NCBI GenBank assembly: GCA_036172265.1
Contig: JASFBA010000007.1
Location: 2,077-66,076 of the forward strand
DNA: 64,000 nt
Source of the DNA: Chloroflexia bacterium
GTDB taxonomy: Bacteria; Chloroflexota; Chloroflexia; DTKN01
Direction of reading: 5' to 3'
How positions within the stretch are numbered: the stretch's first letter is position 1; each line of letters begins with the position of its first letter. Shown in pieces: positions 47,149 to 56,732 of this stretch. The notes below the pieces were generated by a model. It was not told the DNA's origin and ran no database searches. It worked only from the letters and a program-made list of their open reading frames with translations. A program made the position numbers and the translations under genes.

Positions 47149-48336
47149 ATGCGCTCGCGCAGCATCTTTACCCAGGCTGTCCACGCCGGGGAACGTGCCC
47201 CCCGGCCGGACTATACCCCCGTGGTGACCCCCATTTACAATAGCGTGGTCTATCTCTACGACGAGGTAGAGACCTTGCACCGGATTCTGGCCGGGGAGCG
47301 CCCCGGCTATGTCTACTCTCGTTACGGCAATCCCACCACCGCTGCCTTGGAGGAGGCCGTGGCCGTCCTGGAGGGCGGGGAATGCGCCGTTGCCTTTGCT
47401 TCCGGGATGGCGGCCCTCCATGCGGCGCTTCTGGCCGCCGGCCTGCGCAGCGGCGATACAGTCGTCGCCGCCCGCGACCTCTACGGGGTCACCTATGCCC
47501 TGCTCACCGAAACGCTGGCTCCGCTGGGGATACGCACCCGCTTCGTCCAGATTGCTCAGAACGAGGAGGTCATCGCCGCCCTGGAGGAGGAACATCCCCG
47601 CCTGCTCCTTCTGGAAACAATGTCCAATCCGCTTCTGGTGGTGCCGGACCTGCCCCTTTTGACAGAGGCGGCGCACCGCGTGGGCGCGCAGGTTCTGGTG
47701 GACAACACCTTTGCCACCCCCTACCTCCTGCGCCCACTGGAGCATGGGGCCGACTATGTCATCCATAGCCTGACCAAATACCTGGCCGGCCACGATGACG
47801 TATTGGGCGGCATCGTGGTGACGCGGGCGGAACTGGCTGGTCTCCTTCGCCGGCAGGCCCAGGTGATGGGGGCGGTGCTGGGCCCGAACGAGGCCTGGCT
47901 AGCCCACCGGGGGCTGAAGACGCTGGCGTTGCGGATGCGCGCCCACTGTGAAAATGCCGCCCGCGTGGCCTCCTGGCTGGCCGAACACCCCCGGGTGTGC
48001 CGCGTCTACTACCCCGGCCGACCGGACCATCCCCAGCACGCCATCGCCGCCCGGCTCTTTCGACCGGGGGCTTTCGGAGGGATGGTCTCCTTTGAACTGG
48101 CCGATGGCACGGCCGAAGCGGCCCTGGCCTTTATGGAACGCCTGCGCTTGATCCTTCCGGGGACGACCCTGGGCTGCATCCACAGCCTGGTGCTTTACCC
48201 GGCGCGTTCCTCCCACCGCGCCCTGAGCCCCGAACAGCGCGCTGCCTGGGGCATCGGTGAGGGCCTCCTGCGCCTCTCGGTGGGCATCGAGGATGTGGAA
48301 GAGATCATTGCTGACCTGGAGCAATCCCTGGGGTAG
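47149..48336 (+). CDS. PLP-dependent trans-sulfuration enzyme (methionine gamma-lyase / cystathionine gamma-synthase family)
   Basis: YSRYGNPT, FASGMAA, DNTFATP, HSLTKYLAGH, RLSVGIE. Confidence 0.9.
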   Translation: MRSRSIFTQAVHAGERAPRPDYTPVVTPIYNSVVYLYDEVETLHRILAGERPGYVYSRYGNPTTAALEEAVAVLEGGECAVAFASGMAALHAALLAAGLRSGDTVVAARDLYGVTYALLTETLAPLGIRTRFVQIAQNEEVIAALEEEHPRLLLLETMSNPLLVVPDLPLLTEAAHRVGAQVLVDNTFATPYLLRPLEHGADYVIHSLTKYLAGHDDVLGGIVVTRAELAGLLRRQAQVMGAVLGPNEAWLAHRGLKTLALRMRAHCENAARVASWLAEHPRVCRVYYPGRPDHPQHAIAARLFRPGAFGGMVSFELADGTAEAALAFMERLRLILPGTTLGCIHSLVLYPARSSHRALSPEQRAAWGIGEGLLRLSVGIEDVEEIIADLEQSLG

Positions 48337-48412
48337 GGGGTTATCCCGAACGATAAGCGACGCTCTTTCGCTTTAGCACCACGGAGGCAACACTACCGAC
48401 AACCTGGCTACG

Positions 48413-49343
48413 GCCCACGGCGGCGCTGGAGGAGATGCCCAGGTCTGGGGCAAGTGGTTCACCTTCCAGGGCTATCTCATTAACCTGGGAAATATCGCTG
48501 CCGGCAACGGCGGCAGCGGCAACCCCGGTGCCACCGTGCCCCAGCATGCCGGCTGTGGTGGTGACCTCATCCTGATGGCCGCGCCCTTTCTTCCTCAGCG
48601 GCGGGACGCACGCCTCCGGCAACCCCGGCATCCCTTCTGCCGGCGGACGGAGGTGCATGGGGCCGAGCCAGGTCCGGATTGACCCGGCTTCGATTTCCCT
48701 GGCCGGGGAGGTTACCCGCGTCTCCGGAGGCGACGTCCTGATCTATGGCGCGGATTGGGAACTCGATCTGCGGGGCCTGGCCCCCGGTGCCATCTCGGCC
48801 ACCGGTTCCATCACGCTGGCCGTCGGCCCCGGCGGGACGATTGACCTACGCCATAACGGCGGACGCATCTTCCAGTCCGGCGGCGAAGTGCGCATCTATG
48901 CCGACCAGATTCTTGTGGACACGGGTGTGCCGCTCTGGGCTTTGGCCGGGACGGAGGTGATCGCCGGCCCCGGACGAATCCTGTATGGAGGTTCGCTCCT
49001 CGCGCCCGACCTCACCGAGGTGGTGGCCGGAAGCGTCGTGTCGGTTCACGTGACGTTGCTCAACACCGGCCCGACGACCGATACCTTTGACCTGAGCGTC
49101 ACCGATACGGCCGGCTGGCCGCTGAGCGGAATTCCCTTCCAGGTCACCGTCAGCGGCCTGGACCATGCCGATCTGACCGTCCAGGTCAACGTGCCGACCG
49201 GGGCGCCGGGCGGAAGCATAGACGAGATTACCCTACAGGCGACCTCCCAGGCCGATCCAGGTGCGGGTGCCGAGGTCAAGACCATCGTGGTCGTGCGCTC
49301 TCCCCTCTTCGTGCAAATCTTCTTGCCGCTCGTCTTCCGGTAA
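48413..49343 (+). pseudogene. Frameshifted C-terminal remnant of a Gly-rich secreted/surface protein
   Basis: Gly-rich frame from ~48413 shifts near 48590 into the frame of ORF 48657-49343; Ig-like domain (NTGPTTDTFDL); C-terminal IFLPLVFR; no signal peptide or RBS. Confidence 0.6.
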
Positions 49344-49350
49344 TACCCAA

Positions 49351-49389
49351 GCGGCGCCGGAGGTTCTTGTCCTCCGGCGCCGCCTTTTT
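49351..49389 (+). terminator. Intrinsic terminator
   Basis: 13-bp stem GCGGCGCCGGAGG/CCTCCGGCGCCGC followed by CTTTTT. Confidence 0.75.
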
Positions 49390-49401
49390 AGTAGGGGAAG
49401 G

Positions 49402-49430
49402 GTAGGACAACTCCGTAGGAGTTGTCCTAC
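49402..49430. repeat. REP-like palindrome, family D
   Basis: GTAGGACAACTCC-GTA-GGAGTTGTCCTAC, perfect 13-bp stem. Confidence 0.7.
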
Positions 49431-49434
49431 CTTT

Positions 49435-51246
49435 TTAGGGCCCGTAACGCCATCGGTAATAGTGCAGGCCCACGTTCCCCATCTCCACCTGCCAGCCGGG
49501 CGGGTTGGCCGGGGTATAGGTAAGCACCCGGCGTTCAAAGAGTTGCACCAGGATGTCCTGTTCCACACCGGCCACCCGGCAACGCACCCAGTACGGTTCG
49601 CTGATGGGGTAGCCGAAGGCGAAGAGCCAGTCCACCAGTTTCCCGTTCTGGTAAGTATTGTTGACGTAAATCAACCCGCTGCGGTTCATAAATTCCCAGA
49701 ACACCTGGGGAACGTTGTGTCCGGTGGCATCTTCGTAGTAGGCGATGGCCGTCCCGGTGTATCTGGCCTTGGTCGGGTCGTTTTCCACAGAGCCGTTTTT
49801 GGCGAGGGTGGCCGTGGCTTTCTGTCCTGGGCGTGAAGGGGCTGGTTGCCCGATAAGGCTGCCGAAGGTGGCGTAGGTCGGGCAGTTGGGGTTGACAGAG
49901 GCCCAATCGCCGGCCACCGCCTCGCTTGCCGGGGCGCGTATCTCGAAGGAAGTATCCCCCACCATGATCCGGCCGGTCACCATCTCATAGACCAGGAGGC
50001 CGTTGGTGACAAACCACATGGAGGAGCGGTCGCCGGAGGGGTTGTTGATTTCCATGCGCGATTTATCGAAGTATTGCACCAGGCGGGTTCCGCCGGGAGA
50101 CTGGGCGTAGGGTTCGTGTAATCCGGTGCTGAAGGGGGCCGGCCCCCAAACCCAGGAACGGGTGGTGCGTCCATCAGTCACCGGCTTGTCGGTGCGTTTC
50201 CAGACCGCTTCAAAGGCGCTATCGGCGAATGGGCCGGCCGGGGTGAGCGTAGGGGTGGGTCCGGGCGGCGGAGGCGGTGCCCCGCTTTTGAACTGGGGTG
50301 CCCACTGGGCGGTCAGTTCCAGGTATTGGGTGCCGTAATTTTGGCTTGGCTCGATATGGCTGCCTTCGTACCACTCGTTCCAACTGTTGATGATGGCCAG
50401 CGAGGCTTGGTAGTCTATAGCCGCCTGCCAAGACTTGTGGTAATACTCCCCACCTGCGCGGTCGCGGTAGTGGGTCGGCCGGCCGGGCATACGGGTGTCG
50501 TCGTAGCCCGGCATCACCGTGGCGATGAAGGGTTTGGAGGTGCCGTGGGCGCTGTTGTAGGCGTTCAACTTGCGGGAGTAAGAGGCTAGGGCGCTTGACG
50601 GTTCGGCCGCCCAGGAGATGTCGAAGAAGTAGATGGCATCGAAGATGTCCAGATAGGAGAAATCCACACCTTCGCCCAGCCAGAAGGTCCATCCGTTGGG
50701 GTCCAGTTCCTGGCGCAGTTGTTTCCAGGTCTCGTAGGCACTTTTGCCGGGGAAAGTCGGGATGCTTGGGAGGGACCAGAAGCCGATAAGCGGGCGGTTT
50801 TGGAAGCGCAGGTAATTGGGGTGAGAGGCAAGGGTATGGATCACATAGCGCAGGTTCTCCCGCGTCTGCTCGGCGCTTTGAAAATTGCCGGAAGCGGTGA
50901 TGTCGAGGAAGACGGCGATTTTGAAGCCGTAGGAGCCGGATAGGTCGAGCAACTGGCGGACCCGACCGTCGATACGGCTATCTTCCCGGCCGGTCCAGGC
51001 CACCATAAAGGCGTCGATGCCGGCGTTGTGAGCCTGCTCGATGTGGCGTTGAAGGGTAGCGCGCTCGCCGCAGGAATAGAGTACCTGGGGTAGGTCGCTC
51101 ATCCGGCCCGAGTTCCAGTCCGAGAGTTCATACCAGGCAAAGTAGAGGGCGATGACGGGCCGGCTTTCGGTACCCATGGCCGGAAGAGCGGGAAGGAAGG
51201 TAAACAGAAGCAACGCCAGAGACAACTGGTGGAAGACGTGTCGCAT
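49435..51246 (-). CDS. Secreted GH99-like glycoside hydrolase with Chloroflexi-type C-terminal surface domain
   Basis: Signal peptide; YFAWY, AGIDAF, PGYDD, SWNEWYEGSHIEP; Pro/Thr linker; QYFDKSRMEI...QLFERRVLTY domain. Confidence 0.75.
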   Translation of the reverse strand: MRHVFHQLSLALLLFTFLPALPAMGTESRPVIALYFAWYELSDWNSGRMSDLPQVLYSCGERATLQRHIEQAHNAGIDAFMVAWTGREDSRIDGRVRQLLDLSGSYGFKIAVFLDITASGNFQSAEQTRENLRYVIHTLASHPNYLRFQNRPLIGFWSLPSIPTFPGKSAYETWKQLRQELDPNGWTFWLGEGVDFSYLDIFDAIYFFDISWAAEPSSALASYSRKLNAYNSAHGTSKPFIATVMPGYDDTRMPGRPTHYRDRAGGEYYHKSWQAAIDYQASLAIINSWNEWYEGSHIEPSQNYGTQYLELTAQWAPQFKSGAPPPPPGPTPTLTPAGPFADSAFEAVWKRTDKPVTDGRTTRSWVWGPAPFSTGLHEPYAQSPGGTRLVQYFDKSRMEINNPSGDRSSMWFVTNGLLVYEMVTGRIMVGDTSFEIRAPASEAVAGDWASVNPNCPTYATFGSLIGQPAPSRPGQKATATLAKNGSVENDPTKARYTGTAIAYYEDATGHNVPQVFWEFMNRSGLIYVNNTYQNGKLVDWLFAFGYPISEPYWVRCRVAGVEQDILVQLFERRVLTYTPANPPGWQVEMGNVGLHYYRWRYGP

Positions 51247-51335
51247 TTCGACCTCCATCTGTTGCGCATTACGTGTCGCACTTTTCCTTGGGACGGCTCG
51301 GCCGGAGCCCTCCCGGCTCCCCGTCCCCTTGTCTC

Positions 51336-52730
51336 CTACCGTTCCCCTATACCCTCCGGCATCACCTTCCCCGGGTTGAGGATGCCCTTAGGATCGAGGG
51401 TACGCTTGATCGCCCGCATCACCTCGACGGCCACCGGCCCCAGATTCTCCTCGATAAAGTCACGCTTCAGGAGGCCGACGCCGTGTTCGCCGGAGAGGAC
51501 GCCGCCCAGTTCCATGGCCACCCGGAAGATGGCCTCGGCGGCCTGCTCCACCCGGGCGAACTCCTCCTCATCGCGCCGGTCGAAGAGGATATTGGGGTGG
51601 AGGTTGCCGTCGCCGATGTGGCCGAAGATGGGGATGGGCAGGTTGTAGCGACGGGAGATCTCCTTGATGCGGGCTACCGCTTCGGGGATGGCGCTGCGGG
51701 GTACGGTGATGTCCTCGCCAAGTTTGTTGGGCCGGCGGCGGGCCAGCGAGGGAGAAACGGATTTGCGGGCGGCCATCAGCGCCGCCCCTTCCTTTTCGTC
51801 GGCCGCCACCTTGACCTCGCGGGCCCCTGTCCGGCGGCAGATCTCGGCGATCTCTTCGATCTCCCGCCGGGCTTGCTCCGGTTCCCCGTCGGTCTCGATA
51901 ACCAGGATGGCCTCTACGTCCAGCGGCAGGCCCATCTTCTTATGGGCTTCCACTGTGGCGATAGTGGTATCGTCCATAATCTCCAGGGCTACGGGAATGA
52001 TCCCCTGTTCCAGGATGCACGTTACGGCTACGCCGGCATCGTTCAGGCGCGGGAAAACGGCCATCGCCGTGCAGGTGGCTTTAGGGGGCGGGATGAGACG
52101 CAGGATGGCCTCGGTGATCACCCCCAGGGTGCCCTCTGAACCGATGAAGAGGTCGCTCAGGCGGTAGCCGACGGCGCGTTTGATCGTCTTGCCGCCGGTG
52201 CGCAGGATGCGTCCATCGGCCAGGACTACCTCCAGCCCCAGCACATAGTCGGCAGTTACCCCGTACTTGAGGCAGTGCGGCCCGCCGGCGTTGCAGGCGA
52301 TGTTGCCGCCGATGCTGGAATGGCGCTGGCTGGAGGGGTCGGGCGGGTAGTATAGGCCGTATTTGGCCACCTCGGCCTGTAGGTCGGCGGTGACCACGCC
52401 GGCCTGCACCACGGCCACCATATTGGCCCGATCAATTTCCAGGATGCGGTTCATGCGGGTCAAGTTCAGGACAATGCCGCCATAAATGGGGATGCTCCCG
52501 CCGGCCAGCCCGCTTCCCAGGCCCCGTGGCACCACCGGGATCCCTTCCCGATAGGCTACCTGCATAACGCGGGAAACCTCTTCCGTCGTCTCCGGAGAAA
52601 CGACTGCCTCGGGCAGGCTTTCCCGGAAGGTAGCGTCAAAGCCGTAGCAGAGGAGGTCCTCCGGTTCGGTGTGCACCCATCCCCGGCCGACGATGTCCTG
52701 GAGTTCGCGCAGTACCGTTTTGGGGATCAT
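51336..52730 (-). CDS. FAD-linked oxidase, glycolate oxidase GlcD / D-lactate dehydrogenase family
   Basis: PRGLGSGLAGG, PPDPSS, NAGGPHCLKYG, GSEGTLG, HIGDGNLH, SGEHGVG, LNPGK. Confidence 0.9.
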   Translation of the reverse strand: MIPKTVLRELQDIVGRGWVHTEPEDLLCYGFDATFRESLPEAVVSPETTEEVSRVMQVAYREGIPVVPRGLGSGLAGGSIPIYGGIVLNLTRMNRILEIDRANMVAVVQAGVVTADLQAEVAKYGLYYPPDPSSQRHSSIGGNIACNAGGPHCLKYGVTADYVLGLEVVLADGRILRTGGKTIKRAVGYRLSDLFIGSEGTLGVITEAILRLIPPPKATCTAMAVFPRLNDAGVAVTCILEQGIIPVALEIMDDTTIATVEAHKKMGLPLDVEAILVIETDGEPEQARREIEEIAEICRRTGAREVKVAADEKEGAALMAARKSVSPSLARRRPNKLGEDITVPRSAIPEAVARIKEISRRYNLPIPIFGHIGDGNLHPNILFDRRDEEEFARVEQAAEAIFRVAMELGGVLSGEHGVGLLKRDFIEENLGPVAVEVMRAIKRTLDPKGILNPGKVMPEGIGER

Positions 52731-52741
52731 CGGGATGTCCT

Positions 52742-52924
52742 TTATTCGATTTCCGGCGGGGCATCATCCTCTTCGGTGAGAGGGACCGTATCGCGCTCCG
52801 CGACCTCGAAGCGGAGGCTCCCGCAGCGGGGGCAGGTATAGCGTCCCCGAAGGTAGCCCTTGGGGTCGCGAGTCAGCCCGCCGTAGCCGCAGTCCAGGCA
52901 GACGTATTCGTACCATCTTCTCAT
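52742..52924 (-). CDS. Small zinc-ribbon protein
   Basis: YEYVCLDCG...CPRCGS; AGGAGG RBS; abuts the glcD-like gene. Confidence 0.65.
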   Translation of the reverse strand: MRRWYEYVCLDCGYGGLTRDPKGYLRGRYTCPRCGSLRFEVAERDTVPLTEEDDAPPEIE

Positions 52925-53050
52925 ACGTTCCTCCTGTCGGATGGTCTTGACATCACGAATTTTACCCGATGCAGGCCGGATTGTCCAATTTTGGGGATAG
53001 GGTATAATTGGAAGTAAAAGGATATGGTAGGTATCAGGAGGAAGTCGGGG

Positions 53051-54121
53051 ATGTCCAGATTTACAGTGTGTCAACAGGCCCTATTTCCCGACTTGGTTGC
53101 TCGTTTTCCTTCCACACGCTACCAAGGCAGCAAGGCTAAACTGGCCGATTGGATCTGGGGACAAATTGCCAACCTGGATTTTGACACCTGTTTGGACGCT
53201 TTTGGTGGTACGGGAGCGATTGCCTATCGGCTGAAAATAGAGGGTAAGGCGGTTACTTACAACGATGTGCTTCGTTTTAACTATTACATCGGTCAGGCCC
53301 TGATCGAAAACGGTCGGGTTCGCTTGTGTCCGGAGGAGGTGGACTGGGTGCTCACCAACCATCCGGAGATAACATATCCCCATTTTGTTCGGGAAACCTT
53401 TGCCGGAATCTATTACACCGACGAAGAGAATGCCTGGATCGACCAGACCATCGCTAACATCCGCCAGTTCACCGATCCATACAAGTTTGCCCTGGCCTTT
53501 TTTGCCCTCTGCCAGGCCTGTATGGTCAAAAGGCCGTTTAACCTTTTTCACCGCAAAAACCTACACCTGCGGTTCGCTGAGGTTGAGCGTACCTTCGGGA
53601 ACAAAGCCTCATGGGACAGGCCTTTTGAAGAGTGGTTTCGTGTCTTTATAGACGAGGCCAACCGGGCCGTCTTCGATAATGGGCGGGAAAACCGTGCCTT
53701 CAACTGTGACGCCTGCGATGTGCCTGGGGAATATGATCTCGTTTACATTGACCCGCCTTACATCTCCAGACGTGGCGTGGTTGTTGACTACCGGCATTTT
53801 TACCATTTTCTGGAGGGTCTAGCGATGTACGACCGTTGGGGAGAACATATCAATCATCGGATGAAACACCGCCCATTGAAATTACAGCCGACTGAGTGGA
53901 CAGATAAGGTAAGAATCTATGGAGCCTTTGATCGGCTTTTTGAGCGGTATCGTCGGAGTATTCTGGTGGTCTCTTATCGTAGCGATGGTATTCCCACCGT
54001 GTCGGAACTGGCCTCCTTGCTTGGACGGCACAAGCGTAATGTCCGGGTTGAGCATTTTCGCTATAAATATGTTCTGTCCACCAACGCCGAATCTAAAGAA
54101 GTCCTCTTAATAGGTGTGTGA
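53051..54121 (+). CDS. DNA N6-adenine methyltransferase (D12/Dam-FokI class)
   Basis: RYQGSK, DAFGGTG (motif I), DLVYIDPPY (motif IV); promoter TTGTCC-16-TATAAT at 52981-53008. Confidence 0.88.
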   Translation: MSRFTVCQQALFPDLVARFPSTRYQGSKAKLADWIWGQIANLDFDTCLDAFGGTGAIAYRLKIEGKAVTYNDVLRFNYYIGQALIENGRVRLCPEEVDWVLTNHPEITYPHFVRETFAGIYYTDEENAWIDQTIANIRQFTDPYKFALAFFALCQACMVKRPFNLFHRKNLHLRFAEVERTFGNKASWDRPFEEWFRVFIDEANRAVFDNGRENRAFNCDACDVPGEYDLVYIDPPYISRRGVVVDYRHFYHFLEGLAMYDRWGEHINHRMKHRPLKLQPTEWTDKVRIYGAFDRLFERYRRSILVVSYRSDGIPTVSELASLLGRHKRNVRVEHFRYKYVLSTNAESKEVLLIGV

Positions 54122-54127
54122 AAGACG

Positions 54128-54904
54128 ATGAACAAGGAACATTTCAGAACAGCACTCTTGTCTTATGTGGAGCACTTCAGGACCTCTCTGAGCACAGAAA
54201 CAGGCGATTGGGTGATCAAAGGCTTCATTGATGTGTATCAAAACATCTACACAATCTCTATAGACACGAAAGTGATCTCCAAGATCATCGAACTTATGCT
54301 CCTGCCAGTCATTTCCCGTTTTGCTTCGGAGCATGAGTACAAGATGGTGCTCAGCGAGTACCAGAATTACTATCCTGACATCAGCCTTATAGCGACAGAT
54401 GGGACCAAGATCGCCTTGGACCTGAAAAGCACCTACCGGGTGAACTCGACGTCGGCAAATGGGTTCACTCTGGGAGCCTTTACGGGGTATTTTCGTCAGC
54501 GTCGGTCTACCAAGAACGTCGTTTTCCCTTACGAACAATATGCCGCACATTTTGTTCTAGGCATTATCTATAGCCGTAGCACGGAATCGCCCGAGGAATT
54601 TCGGACTTATGCCCTGAGCGAACTTCAAAGCATCGTCTCTGTGGCCCGGGATTTCATCTTCTTGGTGCAGGAGAAATGGAAAGTTGCTTCCGATCGCCCT
54701 GGTAGCGGGAACACGAAGAACATCGGTTCGGTGAGGGAGGTAGAGGCTCTGGTCGAAGGGAAGGGACCGTTCTCCCCTCATGGTGAGGCTATCTTTGACG
54801 ATTATTGGATGAACTACTTGACGGAGGACATGGCCCGGGCAATTGATTCGGTGGTGCCCTATCGGAATCTCCAGGAATATTGGGAATGGAGGAAGCGTGT
54901 GTAG
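54128..54904 (+). CDS. EcoRV-family type II restriction endonuclease
   Basis: DTKVISKIIE, QNYYPD...ALDLKSTY (PD..DxK), FTLG, SGNTKNIGS. Confidence 0.85.
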   Translation: MNKEHFRTALLSYVEHFRTSLSTETGDWVIKGFIDVYQNIYTISIDTKVISKIIELMLLPVISRFASEHEYKMVLSEYQNYYPDISLIATDGTKIALDLKSTYRVNSTSANGFTLGAFTGYFRQRRSTKNVVFPYEQYAAHFVLGIIYSRSTESPEEFRTYALSELQSIVSVARDFIFLVQEKWKVASDRPGSGNTKNIGSVREVEALVEGKGPFSPHGEAIFDDYWMNYLTEDMARAIDSVVPYRNLQEYWEWRKRV

Positions 54905-54910
54905 AAATTC

Positions 54911-56266
54911 CTATGACTTCAAGAACTCTTCCAGTTCCTGCAAAGCCCGTTCGGCGTAGGCTCGGCCGCGTTCCTGTTTGCTTCGGGGCGGGTGAGGAAG
55001 GTCCGGAAGAAGGCCGAAGTTGGCCTTCATCGGCTGGAAATCGCCCTCGCGGGGTGTAGTGATATAGCGCACGATAGCCCCCAACATCGTCGTGGGTGGG
55101 AGGACCCAGAGCCTTTCCCCGCGCAGGAAGCGGGCGGCGTTTATGCCGGCCAGCAGCCCTGTGCCGATGGAGCCGACATAACCTTCGCTCCCGGTGATCT
55201 GGCCGGCGAAGAAGAGGTCGTCCCTGGCTACGCTCTGGAGCGTCGGGCGGAGGAGGGAAGGGCTGTGGAGAAAGGTGTTACGGTGCATCTGGCCGTAACG
55301 AACGAACTCGGCCCGTTCCAGGCCGGGGATAAGGCGGAAGGCGCGTTCCTGCTCCTTCCAGCGCAGGTTGGTCTGGAAGCCCACCAGGTTGTAGAGCCGG
55401 CCGGCCAGGTCGTCCCGGCGCAACTGCACCACGGCATAGGGCCGTTTCCCCGTGCGCGGATCCACCAGGCCCACCGGCCGCAAGGGGCCAAAGGCCAGCG
55501 CCTCCCGTCCCCGACGGGCGATTTCCTCGATGGGCAGACAGGCCTCGAAAAAACGGGCCTCCTCTCGCTCGAAATCGTGCAGAGGAATTTGCTCCGCCGA
55601 AAGGAGGGCTTCCACAAAGCGTTCATACTCCTCCCGCGTCATCGGGCAATTGATGTAATCCTCCCCGCCGCGACCGTAACGCGAGGCGAAAAAGGCCACC
55701 GTCATATCCACCGAATCGGCCGTCACGATGGGGGCCATGGCGTCGTAGAAGTGGAGGTGCTCCCGGCCGGTGAAGCGGGCGATGGCCTCGGCCAGCGGAG
55801 GGGAGGTGAGCGGGCCGGTGGCGATGACGGCCGGCCCATCGGGGATCTCGGTCACCTCGGCGGTCTGGACAGTGATGCGCGGGTGGTTTCGGATGCGTTC
55901 GCTTACCCGTCGGGCAAAGGCTTCCCGGTCCACGGCCAGGGCGGCGCCGGCCGGCAGCGCCGTCTCGTCGGCACAGGCGATGAGGAGGGAACCCAGCCGG
56001 CGCAGTTCCTCCTTGAGAAGCCCCAGCGCCCGGTCCACCTCCCGCGCCCCCAGCGAGTTGCTACAGACCAATTCGGCCAGGAGGCCGCCGGTGTGGGCCG
56101 GGGTCATTTTCAGCGGGCGCATCTCGTAGAGGAGTACCTCAATGCCCCGTTCGGCTGCCTGCCAGGCTGCCTCGCTCCCGGCCAGCCCTCCGCCAACTAC
56201 CGTAAGGGGTTGATAAATCGGTGGTTGGGAAGAAGCAAAGGAATACGGGAAAGCGTTATTCGGCAC
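54911..56266 (-). CDS. trmFO: tRNA (uracil-54) methyltransferase, FAD/folate-dependent
   Basis: [48 protein letters not shown]; exact start uncertain. Confidence 0.93.
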   Translation of the reverse strand: MPNNAFPYSFASSQPPIYQPLTVVGGGLAGSEAAWQAAERGIEVLLYEMRPLKMTPAHTGGLLAELVCSNSLGAREVDRALGLLKEELRRLGSLLIACADETALPAGAALAVDREAFARRVSERIRNHPRITVQTAEVTEIPDGPAVIATGPLTSPPLAEAIARFTGREHLHFYDAMAPIVTADSVDMTVAFFASRYGRGGEDYINCPMTREEYERFVEALLSAEQIPLHDFEREEARFFEACLPIEEIARRGREALAFGPLRPVGLVDPRTGKRPYAVVQLRRDDLAGRLYNLVGFQTNLRWKEQERAFRLIPGLERAEFVRYGQMHRNTFLHSPSLLRPTLQSVARDDLFFAGQITGSEGYVGSIGTGLLAGINAARFLRGERLWVLPPTTMLGAIVRYITTPREGDFQPMKANFGLLPDLPHPPRSKQERGRAYAERALQELEEFLKS

Positions 56267-56299
56267 CCGGTTGCCCCCGAAAGATCAGCCGCTCTGTCC

Positions 56300-56640
56300 A
56301 GAAACCAACCTTCCTTAGCACCTGCTGGGCGCCTCTTGTCCGTTTCGGGGGAGGCGTAGAGGGCGGACCAACCCTGTTCCCCGGCCCAGGCGAGTGCTTT
56401 TCGCAAAAGCGCGGTGGCGATTCCCTGCCTTCGTTGGTCTTCTCGGACGTACAGTTCGTTTACCCAGAGGGTATGTTTGCCCTCATAGATGCGCACCTCG
56501 AGGTCAATATACCCAACTGGTTCTGCCAAGGCAATAAAGCACCAGTAGTCTCCGCCGGTCAGACGTTTCCGGTATCAAGGTTTTGAAAATCTTCCCCCGT
56601 GGGCTGGCCGCTGATACAACGTACACAGTAGTCCACGACA
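56300..56640 (-). pseudogene. Degraded GNAT acetyltransferase
   Basis: LYVREDQRRQGIATALL acetyl-CoA motif; in-frame TGA just upstream of YRKRLTGGDYWCFIA; no proper start. Confidence 0.5.
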
Positions 56641-56732
56641 AAAGGAAGCGTCTCCGGAGCAACCGGTTGAATGCTCCAGCCTTGCATGGGCGCGTTTTTC
56701 CCAACCATCGTCCTAAGCCCTAAACCCTCTCC

